A stretch of 64,000 nucleotides of DNA from an uncultured Comamonadaceae bacterium (GCA_964511405.1 CAZEFK010000002.1:14172-78171), one strand, 5' to 3'; positions 9,289-19,298 are shown, counted from the first letter of the stretch. Notes: generated by a model from the sequence alone, not told the origin. Program-made: numbers and translations.

Positions 9289-10842
9289 ATGCCCATCCGC
9301 CCCACGATTCAGGTCCGCGTTCCCAGCGCCGGTGACGAGCGCCATTTGGGCGTGCTGTCCATCGACGACTGGAGCGTGCCCTGCGCCGTCGGGGCTGCCG
9401 GGCTGGTCCCGGCCACTGCCAAGCGCGAAGGCGACCGGGCGACGCCGATCGGCGTGTTCGCCCTGCGCTACGGCTTCTTCGAACCAGGCGCCTGGCCGGA
9501 CTTCCCGCGCGACCTCGAGTTCCCCTTCGTCCCTTACGATCCCGCCATGATGTGGAGCGAGGACCCGGCCGATCCCGACTACAACCGCGCGGTCTTCGAG
9601 GAGACGCCGGACCCGGCCCGCGCCACGGCCCGCCGGGCGACCGGCCAGTTCGACCTGTTCGTGCCGATCGGCTGGAACGACGCCGTGCCCGACCCCCATC
9701 GCGGCAGTGCCATTTATCTGCATGTGGCGCGGCCGGGCCTGACCCCCACCGCCGGCTGCGTCGCCGTCGCGCGCGAGCATGCGCTGGCGCTGGCCCGCCG
9801 CCTGGTGCCGGGGATGACGATCGACATCGCGCCGCTCGACGAGACCCCGGTGCGCGCCGCCGAGCGCCGCATGGAGCCCTTGGAGAGCGTGACCTTCACA
9901 GGGCTGGCGCCCGGGCCGCGCCTGATCGTGACCGGCGCGGTCCACGGCAACGAAGTCGCCGGCGCCATCGCGATCCGCCAGGCGATCGACGACATCCGCG
10001 CCGGGCGCCTGCTGATCCGGCGCGGCACCGTCACCTTCGTGCCGATCGTCAACGCCCTCGCCCATCGCCGCAACAGCCGGGCCGGCGACCGCAACCTCAA
10101 CCGCGACCTGCGCGAAGCGACGGTGCCGACCAGCTACGAGGACCGGGTCGCCAATGTTCTGTGCCCGCTGCTGCGCGGCCACGACGTGCTGCTCGACCTG
10201 CACAGCTTCCGGGTCGGCAGTCGGCCGTTCGTGTTCGTCGGCCCTGCCGACAATGACGGGCCGGTCGAGCCGTTCGCCCAGGCCTCGGCCGAAGGCGACT
10301 TCGCCAGCCGGCTCGGGCCCGAGCTGGTCATGCATGGCTGGCTGCAGGCCTATGTCGCGGCAGCCGAGGAGAAGCGCCGGCTGATCGCGGCCGGAGTCGG
10401 CGCCGGCGGCCCCCTGCCCGAGGTGGCGCCGTCCCTCGGCGTCGGGACCACCGAATATATGCGCTTCGCCGGCGGCTATGCCGTGACCGTGGAATGCGGC
10501 CAGCACGACGATCCCGCAGCCCCCGGCGTCGCCCGCGCAGCGATCCGCGCCGCGCTTGCGCATCTGCGCCTGATCGAAGCGCCGCCGCCGCCCCGCTCGG
10601 TCCGCCGCGGCATCGAATTCCGCGAGATCGTGGTCGCCCACTCGGCCGACGATCGCTTGGCGCGCGACTGGCGCACCGGCGACCCGGTCGCCGCCGGCAC
10701 CGTGATCGCCCGCCGCGCCGATGGCACCGAGCTCACCGCGCCCGCGGACGGCTTTATCGTGTTCCCCAACGCCAGCCCGCAGCCGCTCGATGACCTCTAC
10801 AGCTTCGGCGTGCCCAGCGAGCGGTTCCGCGACGACGGCTGA
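9289..10842 (+). CDS. Fusion protein: N-terminal YkuD-like L,D-transpeptidase-fold domain (COG3786-type) plus C-terminal succinylglutamate desuccinylase/aspartoacylase (AstE/AspA, M14-like zinc hydrolase) domain
   Basis: ATG at 9289 with GAGAGGA RBS. N-domain motif HRGSAIYLHVARPGLTPTAGCVAV. C-domain motifs GAVHGNEVAG, LLDLHSF, TVECGQH. One uninterrupted frame, no N-terminal signal peptide. Confidence 0.75.
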   Translation: MPIRPTIQVRVPSAGDERHLGVLSIDDWSVPCAVGAAGLVPATAKREGDRATPIGVFALRYGFFEPGAWPDFPRDLEFPFVPYDPAMMWSEDPADPDYNRAVFEETPDPARATARRATGQFDLFVPIGWNDAVPDPHRGSAIYLHVARPGLTPTAGCVAVAREHALALARRLVPGMTIDIAPLDETPVRAAERRMEPLESVTFTGLAPGPRLIVTGAVHGNEVAGAIAIRQAIDDIRAGRLLIRRGTVTFVPIVNALAHRRNSRAGDRNLNRDLREATVPTSYEDRVANVLCPLLRGHDVLLDLHSFRVGSRPFVFVGPADNDGPVEPFAQASAEGDFASRLGPELVMHGWLQAYVAAAEEKRRLIAAGVGAGGPLPEVAPSLGVGTTEYMRFAGGYAVTVECGQHDDPAAPGVARAAIRAALAHLRLIEAPPPPRSVRRGIEFREIVVAHSADDRLARDWRTGDPVAAGTVIARRADGTELTAPADGFIVFPNASPQPLDDLYSFGVPSERFRDDG

Positions 10843-10849
10843 GCGGCCC

Positions 10850-11290
10850 TCATCGCGGCAATCCGAACCGCGCCGCGAGCGGCGACGGCTGTGGCTGCGC
10901 GGCGATCGCCTGGAAGCTGGCGGCGAGGCCCGGCAGCTCGGCCGGTATCGCCGCCATCAGCGGCGGTACCGGCACGGCCGGCGGCGGCGCGGCACCGGCC
11001 GCGACCCACACCCGCGTGATCCGGTCGCCGCTACCCACGATCCCGTGCCGCAGGCCCTGGAGCAGCTGGTCGAGCACGGCATGCAGGCTGCCGGCATAGG
11101 TGCCGTTGAGCGTCGGCGAGTCGGCCGGCCGGTTCGGCCAGTCGAATGCGAACCCGTACCGGCGTGCCAACTGGCCGAGCGCGGCGTCGAGCGGTAGGTC
11201 CGTGGCTTCGAGCACGACCCCATCCTCGGCCGCCGCCGGCGCCATGGGCAGCGGCAGCGCCAGCAGCAGGGCAACGGCCAGCCGGATCAT
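10850..11290 (-). CDS. Small exported protein, STN-like (secretin/TonB N-terminal-like) segment plus Pro/Ala-rich tail
   Basis: 146 aa from the internal ATG at 11290, which overlaps the DUF1501 stop (ATGA). Signal MIRLAVALLLALPLPMAPAAAE. LEATDLPLDAALGQLARRYGFAFDW...LNGTYAGSLHAVLDQLLQGL resembles STN domains by eye. Confidence 0.6.
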   Translation of the reverse strand: MIRLAVALLLALPLPMAPAAAEDGVVLEATDLPLDAALGQLARRYGFAFDWPNRPADSPTLNGTYAGSLHAVLDQLLQGLRHGIVGSGDRITRVWVAAGAAPPPAVPVPPLMAAIPAELPGLAASFQAIAAQPQPSPLAARFGLPR

Positions 11291-12480
11291 ATGGCAGCGC
11301 TGTCGCGAACGAAGCCCAGCGACGGGAACGGCGCAAACGCGCCTGATACCATGGCGTCGGGCAGTCCCCACCAGTCGCGCGCCACGGTGCCGTAGAGCTG
11401 GCGGAAATCCAGCGCGTGTTTCAGGTTGCCGCCGTCGAGGTCGGTCAGCGACGGATAGGCCCCATAGAACCCGCCGCGCAGCCCGCCGCCCATGAGCAGA
11501 TGCACATTGGCGGTGCCGTGGTCGGTGCCGGCCGACGCATTCTCGGCCGCGCGCCGCCCGAATTCGGCGTAGGTCATGACCAGGACCCGGGACCATAGGC
11601 CCAGGGCGGCCAGGCACCGGCGGAACGCGTCGAGCCCGTTGCCCAGGTCCCGCAGCAGCCGGGCATGCGTGGTGGCCTGGCGGATATGGGTATCGTAGCT
11701 GCCATGCGACAGCGCGATCACCGGCACGGCGGCGCCGCTGGCCAGGACGCGGGCCGCCTCCTGCAGCGCATTGCCGACGCCGGAGGCCGGAAACGACACG
11801 GGCAGGCGGATCCGGCCGAGATCGCCGAACCGCGCCCGGTCCGCCATGACCAGCCGCTGCACCGTGACGATGTAGGCGAGCGCCGGGTTGGCGACAGTCC
11901 CGGGGTCGGGCAGCGTCATGGGGTCGTCGAGCGCCAGGCCGCCCCGCAGCGACAGGCTGAGCGGCACCAGCCCGTCGCCGCTGAGCGCGCCGCCGCTGCC
12001 GGAGTCGACGGTCACGGCCGGCACTGATCCGCGCGCGACGTCGGCGATCTGCGACAGCAGGCGCGCCGCCCAGCCGTCGCTGACCACGACATTGCTGTCG
12101 CTCGCCGTCTCCCAGATCGCGGTCGAGCGGAAATGCGACAGGCTGGGGGCGGCATAGCCAACGCCGAGGGCGAGCGCCAGATCGCCGGCCGTCCAGGCAT
12201 CGTTCAGCACCGCCAGCGACGGGTGGAAGCCCAACCCCTGGCCGAGCTGGGTGACCGCCGACGCCGGGATGCCGATGGTCGGACGCAGCCGGGCGTAGGC
12301 GGGATCGGCATAGGGGACGACCGTGTTCAGGCCGTCATTGCCGCCGGCCAGACGGATCAGCACCAGCGTCCGGTCAAGCCGGGCCGCCGCGGCGCGGGCG
12401 ACGGACGGCGCCAACCATCCCGCAGCCGCCGCGGCGGTCAGGCCCGAGAGGAACCGGCGGCGTCGGATCGGAGCAGCCAT
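11287..12480 (-). CDS. DUF1501 domain protein (sulfatase/alkaline-phosphatase-like fold), Tat-exported
   Basis: Twin-arginine signal MAAPIRRRRFLSGLTAAAAAGW. Hallmarks LAGGNDGLNTVVPYADPAY and EFGRRAAENASAGTDHGTAN. ATG lies 7 nt after the DUF1800 stop. Confidence 0.85.
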   Translation of the reverse strand: MAAPIRRRRFLSGLTAAAAAGWLAPSVARAAAARLDRTLVLIRLAGGNDGLNTVVPYADPAYARLRPTIGIPASAVTQLGQGLGFHPSLAVLNDAWTAGDLALALGVGYAAPSLSHFRSTAIWETASDSNVVVSDGWAARLLSQIADVARGSVPAVTVDSGSGGALSGDGLVPLSLSLRGGLALDDPMTLPDPGTVANPALAYIVTVQRLVMADRARFGDLGRIRLPVSFPASGVGNALQEAARVLASGAAVPVIALSHGSYDTHIRQATTHARLLRDLGNGLDAFRRCLAALGLWSRVLVMTYAEFGRRAAENASAGTDHGTANVHLLMGGGLRGGFYGAYPSLTDLDGGNLKHALDFRQLYGTVARDWWGLPDAMVSGAFAPFPSLGFVRDSAAI

Positions 12481-12487
12481 CACCGCC

Positions 12488-13825
12488 TCAGTTGAGTTGG
12501 AAGGCGGGGTCGAACAGGAGGTGGCCCAGGACCGCGCTGAAGCGGGCCGGCGCCTGAAGCGGCGGCGCCAGGGGCGCGGTCGGCAGCAGCCATTGCTGCA
12601 GGAAGTCCGTGGTCGCGGCGTCCACGACGAAGTCGTTGCCGATGGTCGGCAGCACTTCGGTCGACCATACCGACAGCATCTTGTCGATCAGGGCGTTGCG
12701 GCGGACCGCCGAGTCGGTGTTGATCCAGGCGGTATAGCCGCGCCAACCCTTGACGTCCGGCTGATGGAACAGCCCCTGCCCCATGTTGGCGAGCGCCGCC
12801 GGCAGGCTGGCCGTCTCGGCCGGCGACAGGCCGAGGACGCGGTCGAGGCTGAACGCCAGCTCGACCGGCGACTTGATCAGCGTGCCGCGGTTGGCCGGGT
12901 CCCAGAAGGCGTCGGTCAGCAGCAGCGCGCGCAGCGCCGGCTGGATCATCAGCCCGGACTGGGCGAAACCGGTGGCCAGGCGCTGGACCGTGTCGGCATC
13001 GGGCGTCGGCGACACGAAGGTGGTCCATAGCTTGGACAGGATGAACACCGGCAGCGACGGCTGCGCCAGCACGATGTCCAGCCCCTGGTCGCCATCGAAA
13101 TTGCCGGACTGCCCGAGGATGGTCTTGACGCCCCCGTCGTGGTTGGCGGGAACCGTCACGAACTGCAGGCTGCCGTTGATCGTCCAGCCGGTGAGGGCGC
13201 GGGCGAGCTCGCGGACGTCGGTCTCGGTATAGTGGCCGACGCCCAGCGTAAACAGCTCCATCACCTCGCGCGCGAAGTTCTCGTTGGGCGCCCGCGCGAC
13301 ATTGGTGGCGCCGTCGAGATAGAGCAGCATCGCCGGATCATGCGCGATGTCATGCAGGAGCGTGCCGAACGATCCGGCCGCGTCGCGGCGCAGCAGCAGG
13401 TTCTGGCGCAGCAGCAGACGGGCGTCGGCGACCTTGGGCGCCGCCGAGACGAAGTGGTTGGTCCACAGCAGCACCAGCCTTTCGGTGATCGGGCTGGTGG
13501 TATGGGCCATCTCGAGCACCCACCACGCCGCCAGCTCCTGCATCTGGGCGTCGGTGGTCGTGTTGATCTTGCCCGGCGCATCGGCCCAACTGGGCAGCGG
13601 CAGCGTCGGCGTGGCGCGCAGGGTGGCCAGGACCGCGTCGACCGCCTGCTCGCGGCTCAGGGGCAACAGCGGCGCGATGTCGGAATAGGCCAAGCCGAAG
13701 CCGGTGCGCGCGACCAGGTGGCGGGCCTCGGCGAGGCTCAGGGCCATGGCCGGCGCCGTGGCCACGAGCAGCAGGACCGCGACCAGCGCGCTCCCAAGAC
13801 CCAGCCGTCTTATTTTGACCGCCAT
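12488..13825 (-). CDS. DUF1800 domain protein, exported
   Basis: 445 aa with Sec signal MAVKIRRLGLGSALVAVLLLVATAPAMA. Hallmark NENFAREVMELFTLGVGHYTETDVRELARALTGW. Confidence 0.85.
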   Translation of the reverse strand: MAVKIRRLGLGSALVAVLLLVATAPAMALSLAEARHLVARTGFGLAYSDIAPLLPLSREQAVDAVLATLRATPTLPLPSWADAPGKINTTTDAQMQELAAWWVLEMAHTTSPITERLVLLWTNHFVSAAPKVADARLLLRQNLLLRRDAAGSFGTLLHDIAHDPAMLLYLDGATNVARAPNENFAREVMELFTLGVGHYTETDVRELARALTGWTINGSLQFVTVPANHDGGVKTILGQSGNFDGDQGLDIVLAQPSLPVFILSKLWTTFVSPTPDADTVQRLATGFAQSGLMIQPALRALLLTDAFWDPANRGTLIKSPVELAFSLDRVLGLSPAETASLPAALANMGQGLFHQPDVKGWRGYTAWINTDSAVRRNALIDKMLSVWSTEVLPTIGNDFVVDAATTDFLQQWLLPTAPLAPPLQAPARFSAVLGHLLFDPAFQLN

Positions 13826-13922
13826 GGGCGCAAGTTGAGCAGCTCCGCTTTAATAGCCGGTTAACTATTCACCGGATTTGCGCCAAATATTCCCCCCCTT
13901 TCCCACCAAGGCACCGGATCCG

Positions 13923-14708
13923 ATGACCGAACGCTTCGACCTCGACGCCCGCTTCCAGGCCGCCCAAGCCGCCGCTCGCGAGGCGGGCGCCCTGGCGTTG
14001 TCGCTCCGGCAGGGGCCGGCCACCGCGCTCGATGTCGGCGCCAAGGGGCTGCTCGATCTGTGCACGGAAGCCGACCGCGCCGCCGAGCGGCTGATCCGCA
14101 GCCGCCTGGCCGACCGCTTCGGCGACGCCATGCTGGGCGAGGAATATGGCGGCGCGGTCGGCGACCGCACCTGGGTGGTCGACCCGATCGACGGCACCTA
14201 TAATTTCGTGCACGGGCTGCCCCACTGGTGCGTGTCGATCGCCCTCGTCGCCGCCGGCCAGGCGCAGATCGGGGTGCTGTTCAACCCGGCCACCGGCCAG
14301 CTCTACGCCGCCCGCGCCGGCGGTGGCGCCTGGCTCGACGGCCGCCCGATCCGGGTCAGCGGCGACACCCATGCCGACCGGCCGCTGGTCGAAGTCGGGT
14401 GCTCGCGCCGGGTGCCGCTGGCCGACCGCCTGGCGACGATCGCCCGCCTGGCCGAGGCCGGATTCGAGTATCGACATCAAGGCTCGGGCGCGCTCGGCAT
14501 GGCTCAGGTCGCGACCGGCCAGATCGACGCCTATGTCGAGCTGCACATCAACGCCTGGGACGTGGCCGCCGGCCTGGCGCTGGTCCGCGAGGCCGGCGGC
14601 TGGACCAACGAGTTCCTGGCCGGCGACGGCCTGACCAAGGGCAATCCGATTCTCGCCTGCACCCCGGCCCTGCGCGATCGCCTGACGACCGCGACGGGTA
14701 TCCGCTAA
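13923..14708 (+). CDS. Inositol monophosphatase family protein (SuhB/HisN-like)
   Basis: Motifs LGEEYGG and WVVDPIDGTYNFVHGLPHW. Preferred ATG at 13923 (the track start at 13878 is a TTG). 3' end overlaps hisE by 4 nt, convergent. Confidence 0.85.
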   Translation: MTERFDLDARFQAAQAAAREAGALALSLRQGPATALDVGAKGLLDLCTEADRAAERLIRSRLADRFGDAMLGEEYGGAVGDRTWVVDPIDGTYNFVHGLPHWCVSIALVAAGQAQIGVLFNPATGQLYAARAGGGAWLDGRPIRVSGDTHADRPLVEVGCSRRVPLADRLATIARLAEAGFEYRHQGSGALGMAQVATGQIDAYVELHINAWDVAAGLALVREAGGWTNEFLAGDGLTKGNPILACTPALRDRLTTATGIR

Positions 14709-15073
14709 GGCAGCTTCTCGGCGATGCCGAACAGCGCCTCGCGGCGCGCCATTTCGGCCCAGACATCGGTCAGCGGGATGTTGGCCGCGCTCAGCAGCAC
14801 GACCAGGTTGTAGAGCAGGTCGGCGGTCTCGTCGACCAGGGCGGCGCGCTGGCCGCGCACCGCCTCGATCGCGACCTCGCCGGCCTCCTCGATGATCTTC
14901 TGGGCCATCTTGGGGATGCCGGCGTTGAGCAGCTTGGCGGTGCGGCTGTCGGCATGCTGCCCGGACCGGCAGGCAACTGCCGCCTCGAACAGCCGGCGCA
15001 AAGGATCGACATTGTCCTGATCGGCAACCGGAAAGGCCAGGCGCAAACGATCCTTTTTCTTCGCTCGGCTCAT
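14705..15073 (-). CDS. hisE: Phosphoribosyl-ATP pyrophosphohydrolase
   Basis: 122 aa from the ATG at 15073 (GGGGAG RBS). MazG-like HisE motifs KIIEEAGEVAIEA and ETADLLYNLVVLL. Confidence 0.8.
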   Translation of the reverse strand: MSRAKKKDRLRLAFPVADQDNVDPLRRLFEAAVACRSGQHADSRTAKLLNAGIPKMAQKIIEEAGEVAIEAVRGQRAALVDETADLLYNLVVLLSAANIPLTDVWAEMARREALFGIAEKLP

Positions 15074-15218
15074 GCCCGGTCTCCCCTGCGCCGACGTGCC
15101 GTCCGACACCGCCTTGTCCAGGCGTGCGGAACGCTGGACTGTCGAAGCCGCCGGTTTCTTCCTTCGTTAGATTCGCTGCGTGCTGTCAATCCGCCAAGTG
15201 GCAGTCACCGGGTGGCGG

Positions 15219-16061
15219 TCACTCGCGGTAGGGCCCGTCATGGCGCCCGACCGGCACGGCATGCGTCACCATCGGCGCGCCGCGGCGCCACCAGTGCAGG
15301 TGATACCCGGGCGGCTCCATCACGAAGGCCGAGCCGCCGACGGGGCGAAGGTCCAGCGCCAGCTGGTGCGCCGTCGACGAGGCCACGGACAGCAGCGTCC
15401 CGGCCCAGCGCGTTTGCAGCGACCGATGCACATGCCCGCAGACAACGCGCTCGACCTGCGGATGATCCCGCACCAGCTCGGCCAGCGCGGCGGCGTCGGC
15501 CGGCGCCAGGCCGATCTCGTCCATGCTCGAGAGGCCGGTCGCGACAGGCGGATGGTGGCAGGCCAGCAGCGTCGGGCGCCCGCGGTCGGCGGCCAGGGCC
15601 TCGGCCAGCCAGGCCCGGCGCTCGGGCCCGAACACACCGCCGACCAGCCCGGGGTCGGTGGTGTCGAGCGCCAGGATGCGCACGGGGAAGCCCTCGACCG
15701 CATAGTTGAGCACGCCCTGGCGCGGCAGGTAGGCGTGATCGGGAAAGGCTTGGACCAGGGCCGCGCGGTCGTCGTGATTGCCGGGCAACAGGAACAGGGG
15801 CGCCGTCAGCGGCGCCAGCAACGCCCGCAATTCGCGGTATTCATCGGCGTGCCCGCCATCGACCAGGTCGCCGGTCGCCAGGATCAGATCAGGCGCCGGA
15901 TCCTCGGCCGCCAGCTGGGCGATCGCGCGCTCCAGCATGGCGCGGCTGTCGACGCGGCCGTTCACCAGCCGGCCGGGGTGCGTCACGTGAAGATCGGTGA
16001 TCTGTGCGATCAGCAGAGCCTCGCCCCGCGATTGGGCGGCGAGCGGCTCGGGTCGCGGCAT
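15219..16061 (-). CDS. Metallophosphoesterase (CpdA/GpdQ-like phosphodiesterase)
   Basis: Calcineurin-like motifs in order: ITDLH, TGDLVDGG, GNHD, CHHPP, GHVH. Confidence 0.8.
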   Translation of the reverse strand: MPRPEPLAAQSRGEALLIAQITDLHVTHPGRLVNGRVDSRAMLERAIAQLAAEDPAPDLILATGDLVDGGHADEYRELRALLAPLTAPLFLLPGNHDDRAALVQAFPDHAYLPRQGVLNYAVEGFPVRILALDTTDPGLVGGVFGPERRAWLAEALAADRGRPTLLACHHPPVATGLSSMDEIGLAPADAAALAELVRDHPQVERVVCGHVHRSLQTRWAGTLLSVASSTAHQLALDLRPVGGSAFVMEPPGYHLHWWRRGAPMVTHAVPVGRHDGPYRE

Positions 16062-16131
16062 GGAGTGGTCCTCGTCGGCGTCGGGGGGCCGAGTGTCGCC
16101 GCGTTGTGTTACAGAAATGAGGCGATGACGA

Positions 16132-16165
16132 CGCCGCCTCCCGGCCCGGCGGCCGGGAGGCGGCG
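16132..16165 (-). terminator. Perfect 15-bp stem hairpin (CGCCGCCTCCCGGCC-cggc-GGCCGGGAGGCGGCG) just after the sugar SBP gene
   Basis: Read from the sequence, 8 nt downstream of the minus-strand stop at 16173. The trailing U-tract is weak (CATTTCTGT). Confidence 0.5.
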
Positions 16166-16172
16166 GACCGCG

Positions 16173-17183
16173 TCAGCCGCCGATGCAGGTCGCGACGTTC
16201 TGCGGCGTGCAGACGTCGAGGCCGGTATAGGTGGGATCGGCGACGGTCTTGCCTTCCTTCAGGTCCTTCAGGAAGTACATGGCCTTGTAGCCCATCTCGA
16301 ACGGCCGCTGACCGACCTGGCCCTTGGACAGGCCGGCCTTCAGGGCGTCGATCTGGACCGGCAGGGTGTCGGCGACCACCAGGGCCAGCGAGCCGTCGTC
16401 GATGCGGGCCTTGTACTTCTCGGCGACGCGCTTGTAGGCCTGGGGCAGGAACTGCGGGAAGCCGCCGGTCGGCACGAAGGCGTCGAGCTTGGGATACTTG
16501 CCCAGGATGTCTTCCAGCTGCTGCACCGAGCGCGGGAAGTCGTCATCGGTGTAGAGCGGGCAACCGTCGACCTCGGTCCAGCCGTTCTGGCCGGTCAGGC
16601 GCGCGCCGGGCGACTCCTTGCTGGGCGTGCCCGACAGCGTGTCGCGGATGCCCTGCATGCGCTCGTTGTGGTTGGCCGCCGCCGCACCGCCGGACTGGAT
16701 GCAGATACTGCCGCCCTTGGGCTTCAGCTGCATCACGATCTTGGCCAGGTTGACGCCGATGTCGTAATTCTTGGTCCCGACATAGGCGACGCGCAGCGCC
16801 TTGTCCTTGGGCAACAGGTCGCTGTCCCAGGTCAGCACTGGAATCCCGGCCTTCTTGGCACCCTCCAGCGCCTTGGCCATGGCCGCGGCGTTCGACGGCG
16901 ACACGGCGATGCCGTCGACCTTCTTGGCGATCAGGTCGTTGACGACCTCGACCTGCTCATCGCCGCCGCCATGCTCGCCGGGCCCGATATACATGCACTG
17001 GATGGCGCCCTTCAGATCCTTCTCGGCCTTCTTGCAGCCGTCGCGCGCCTGGTCGAAGAACGGGTTGTTCATGTTTTTCGGCACCAGCGCCAGCACCAGC
17101 TTCTTGTCCGCCGCCTGGGCGCCCTGACCCAGCGCCAGCAGCGCCGCGACGGCGACGGTGGCAGTGAGAATCGTCTTCAGCAT
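16173..17183 (-). CDS. Sugar ABC transporter substrate-binding protein (FrcB/RbsB-like)
   Basis: Internal ATG at 17183 with GGGAGG RBS. Signal MLKTILTATVAVAALLALGQGAQA. Periplasmic-binding-protein type I layout. Confidence 0.85.
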   Translation of the reverse strand: MLKTILTATVAVAALLALGQGAQAADKKLVLALVPKNMNNPFFDQARDGCKKAEKDLKGAIQCMYIGPGEHGGGDEQVEVVNDLIAKKVDGIAVSPSNAAAMAKALEGAKKAGIPVLTWDSDLLPKDKALRVAYVGTKNYDIGVNLAKIVMQLKPKGGSICIQSGGAAAANHNERMQGIRDTLSGTPSKESPGARLTGQNGWTEVDGCPLYTDDDFPRSVQQLEDILGKYPKLDAFVPTGGFPQFLPQAYKRVAEKYKARIDDGSLALVVADTLPVQIDALKAGLSKGQVGQRPFEMGYKAMYFLKDLKEGKTVADPTYTGLDVCTPQNVATCIGG

Positions 17184-17235
17184 GCGTTTGCCCTCCCCTG
17201 ACTTCACCCTCAGCTTGCCGCGCGGCCCTTGGGGC

Positions 17236-18306
17236 TCACGTCGACCTCTTGCCGCGGACGCGCTCGACCAGCGCCGCAACACCGACCAGCGCGCCCAGGA
17301 AGGCGCCCTGGCGGATGCGCTCCAGGAGCACCGCGAGAACGATGAACACGCCGACGAACGTGCCCTGCCAGTTCGAATCGACCCCGGCCATCAGCAGGCT
17401 GTTGCGGATCACTTCGATCAAGGCCGAGCCGATGAAGGACCCGAACGCGCCGCCCTCGCCGCCCATCAGGTTGGTGCCGCCGATCACCGACGAGGCGATG
17501 ACGCGCAGTTCGTAGCCCTGGCCCAGCGCGTTGATCGCCGAGCCCTGCCAACCGATGATCAGCACCGCCGACAGCGCCGCCGTGGCCGCCGAGACCATGT
17601 AGGCCTGCAGCTTGATGCGGTTGACCGCGACGCCGGTCAGGCGCGCCGCCTGCTCGTTGCCGCCGACGGCGTAAAGATGGCGGCCCCAGGCCGTGAAGCG
17701 GAAGACGAAGCCGAACACCACCACCAGCGCCAGCAGGATCCACACCGGGATCGCCAGCCCCATCCAGTCGCCACCGCCCAGCGCGAAGATGGTGTCGGCG
17801 CCGGGACCGAAGTCGTAGATCATCTTGTTCTGGGACAGCACGATCGCCAGGCTGCGGGCGATCGACAGCATGCCCAGGGTGACCACGAAGGACGACAGGT
17901 TGAGGTAAGCGATCAGGAATCCGTTGACGGCGCCGGCCAAGAGGCCGGTCGCCATGCCGGCGGCGATCGCCCAATAGGACGCCCAGCCGTCCTGCAGGCA
18001 CAGGCCGGTGACGATCGCGACCAGGCCCATCAGCGAGCCCACCGACAGGTCGATGCCGCCGGTGATGATCACCGCGGTCATGCCCAGCGCCATCATCCCG
18101 ATAAAGGCGAAATTGCGGGTGATGTTGAAGAAGTTGTCGGCGGTCGGGAACGCGTTGGGGGCGATCACGCTCATGGCCGCGCAGATGATCACCAGCGCCA
18201 CGGTCACCCAGAACGCCTGGCGCGCCATCATCATCTGCAGCAGCGACCGCCGCTTCGCCGGCACCGGATCGGCGCCAAGGGCGTGGGGGAGCGGGTGGCT
18301 GGACAT
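17236..18306 (-). CDS. Sugar ABC transporter permease (CUT2, RbsC/FrcC-like)
   Basis: 356 aa from the internal ATG at 18306. Multi-TM with ITGGIDLSVGS motif. The upstream 145 aa of the track ORF are Arg/Pro-rich artefact. Confidence 0.85.
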   Translation of the reverse strand: MSSHPLPHALGADPVPAKRRSLLQMMMARQAFWVTVALVIICAAMSVIAPNAFPTADNFFNITRNFAFIGMMALGMTAVIITGGIDLSVGSLMGLVAIVTGLCLQDGWASYWAIAAGMATGLLAGAVNGFLIAYLNLSSFVVTLGMLSIARSLAIVLSQNKMIYDFGPGADTIFALGGGDWMGLAIPVWILLALVVVFGFVFRFTAWGRHLYAVGGNEQAARLTGVAVNRIKLQAYMVSAATAALSAVLIIGWQGSAINALGQGYELRVIASSVIGGTNLMGGEGGAFGSFIGSALIEVIRNSLLMAGVDSNWQGTFVGVFIVLAVLLERIRQGAFLGALVGVAALVERVRGKRST

Positions 18307-18320
18307 CGCGCGGGGGCTCC

Positions 18321-19061
<741 letters not shown>

Positions 19062-19298
19062 CAGGACCGCCCGCCACCCATGGCCGACATGCCTCACCTC
19101 CCTGCCATGCCCGTTCGGCCGGTCCCGGCCGTCTGGCTTTCAGGCAAGGCTAATTGGCCGAGCCGCGGAAGACCAGCACAACCTGCATGATGACGTGGGT
19201 TCCGGTATCGGCCCAATCGCGAGACGCTTCGTTAACACAATCGCCTGGATAATTCGCGCCAGACCGTCGGACCAGAAGCAAATCCGCGGGAGGAAACA

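Noticed and set aside
15191-15222. Direct repeat GTGGCAGTCAC / GTGGCGGTCAC and a CCGCCA...TGGCGG stem at the 3' end of the phosphoesterase gene
   Set aside because: It overlaps the stop codon, the stem is only 6 bp with a 16-nt loop, and there is no U-tract. This is likely chance in GC-rich sequence.
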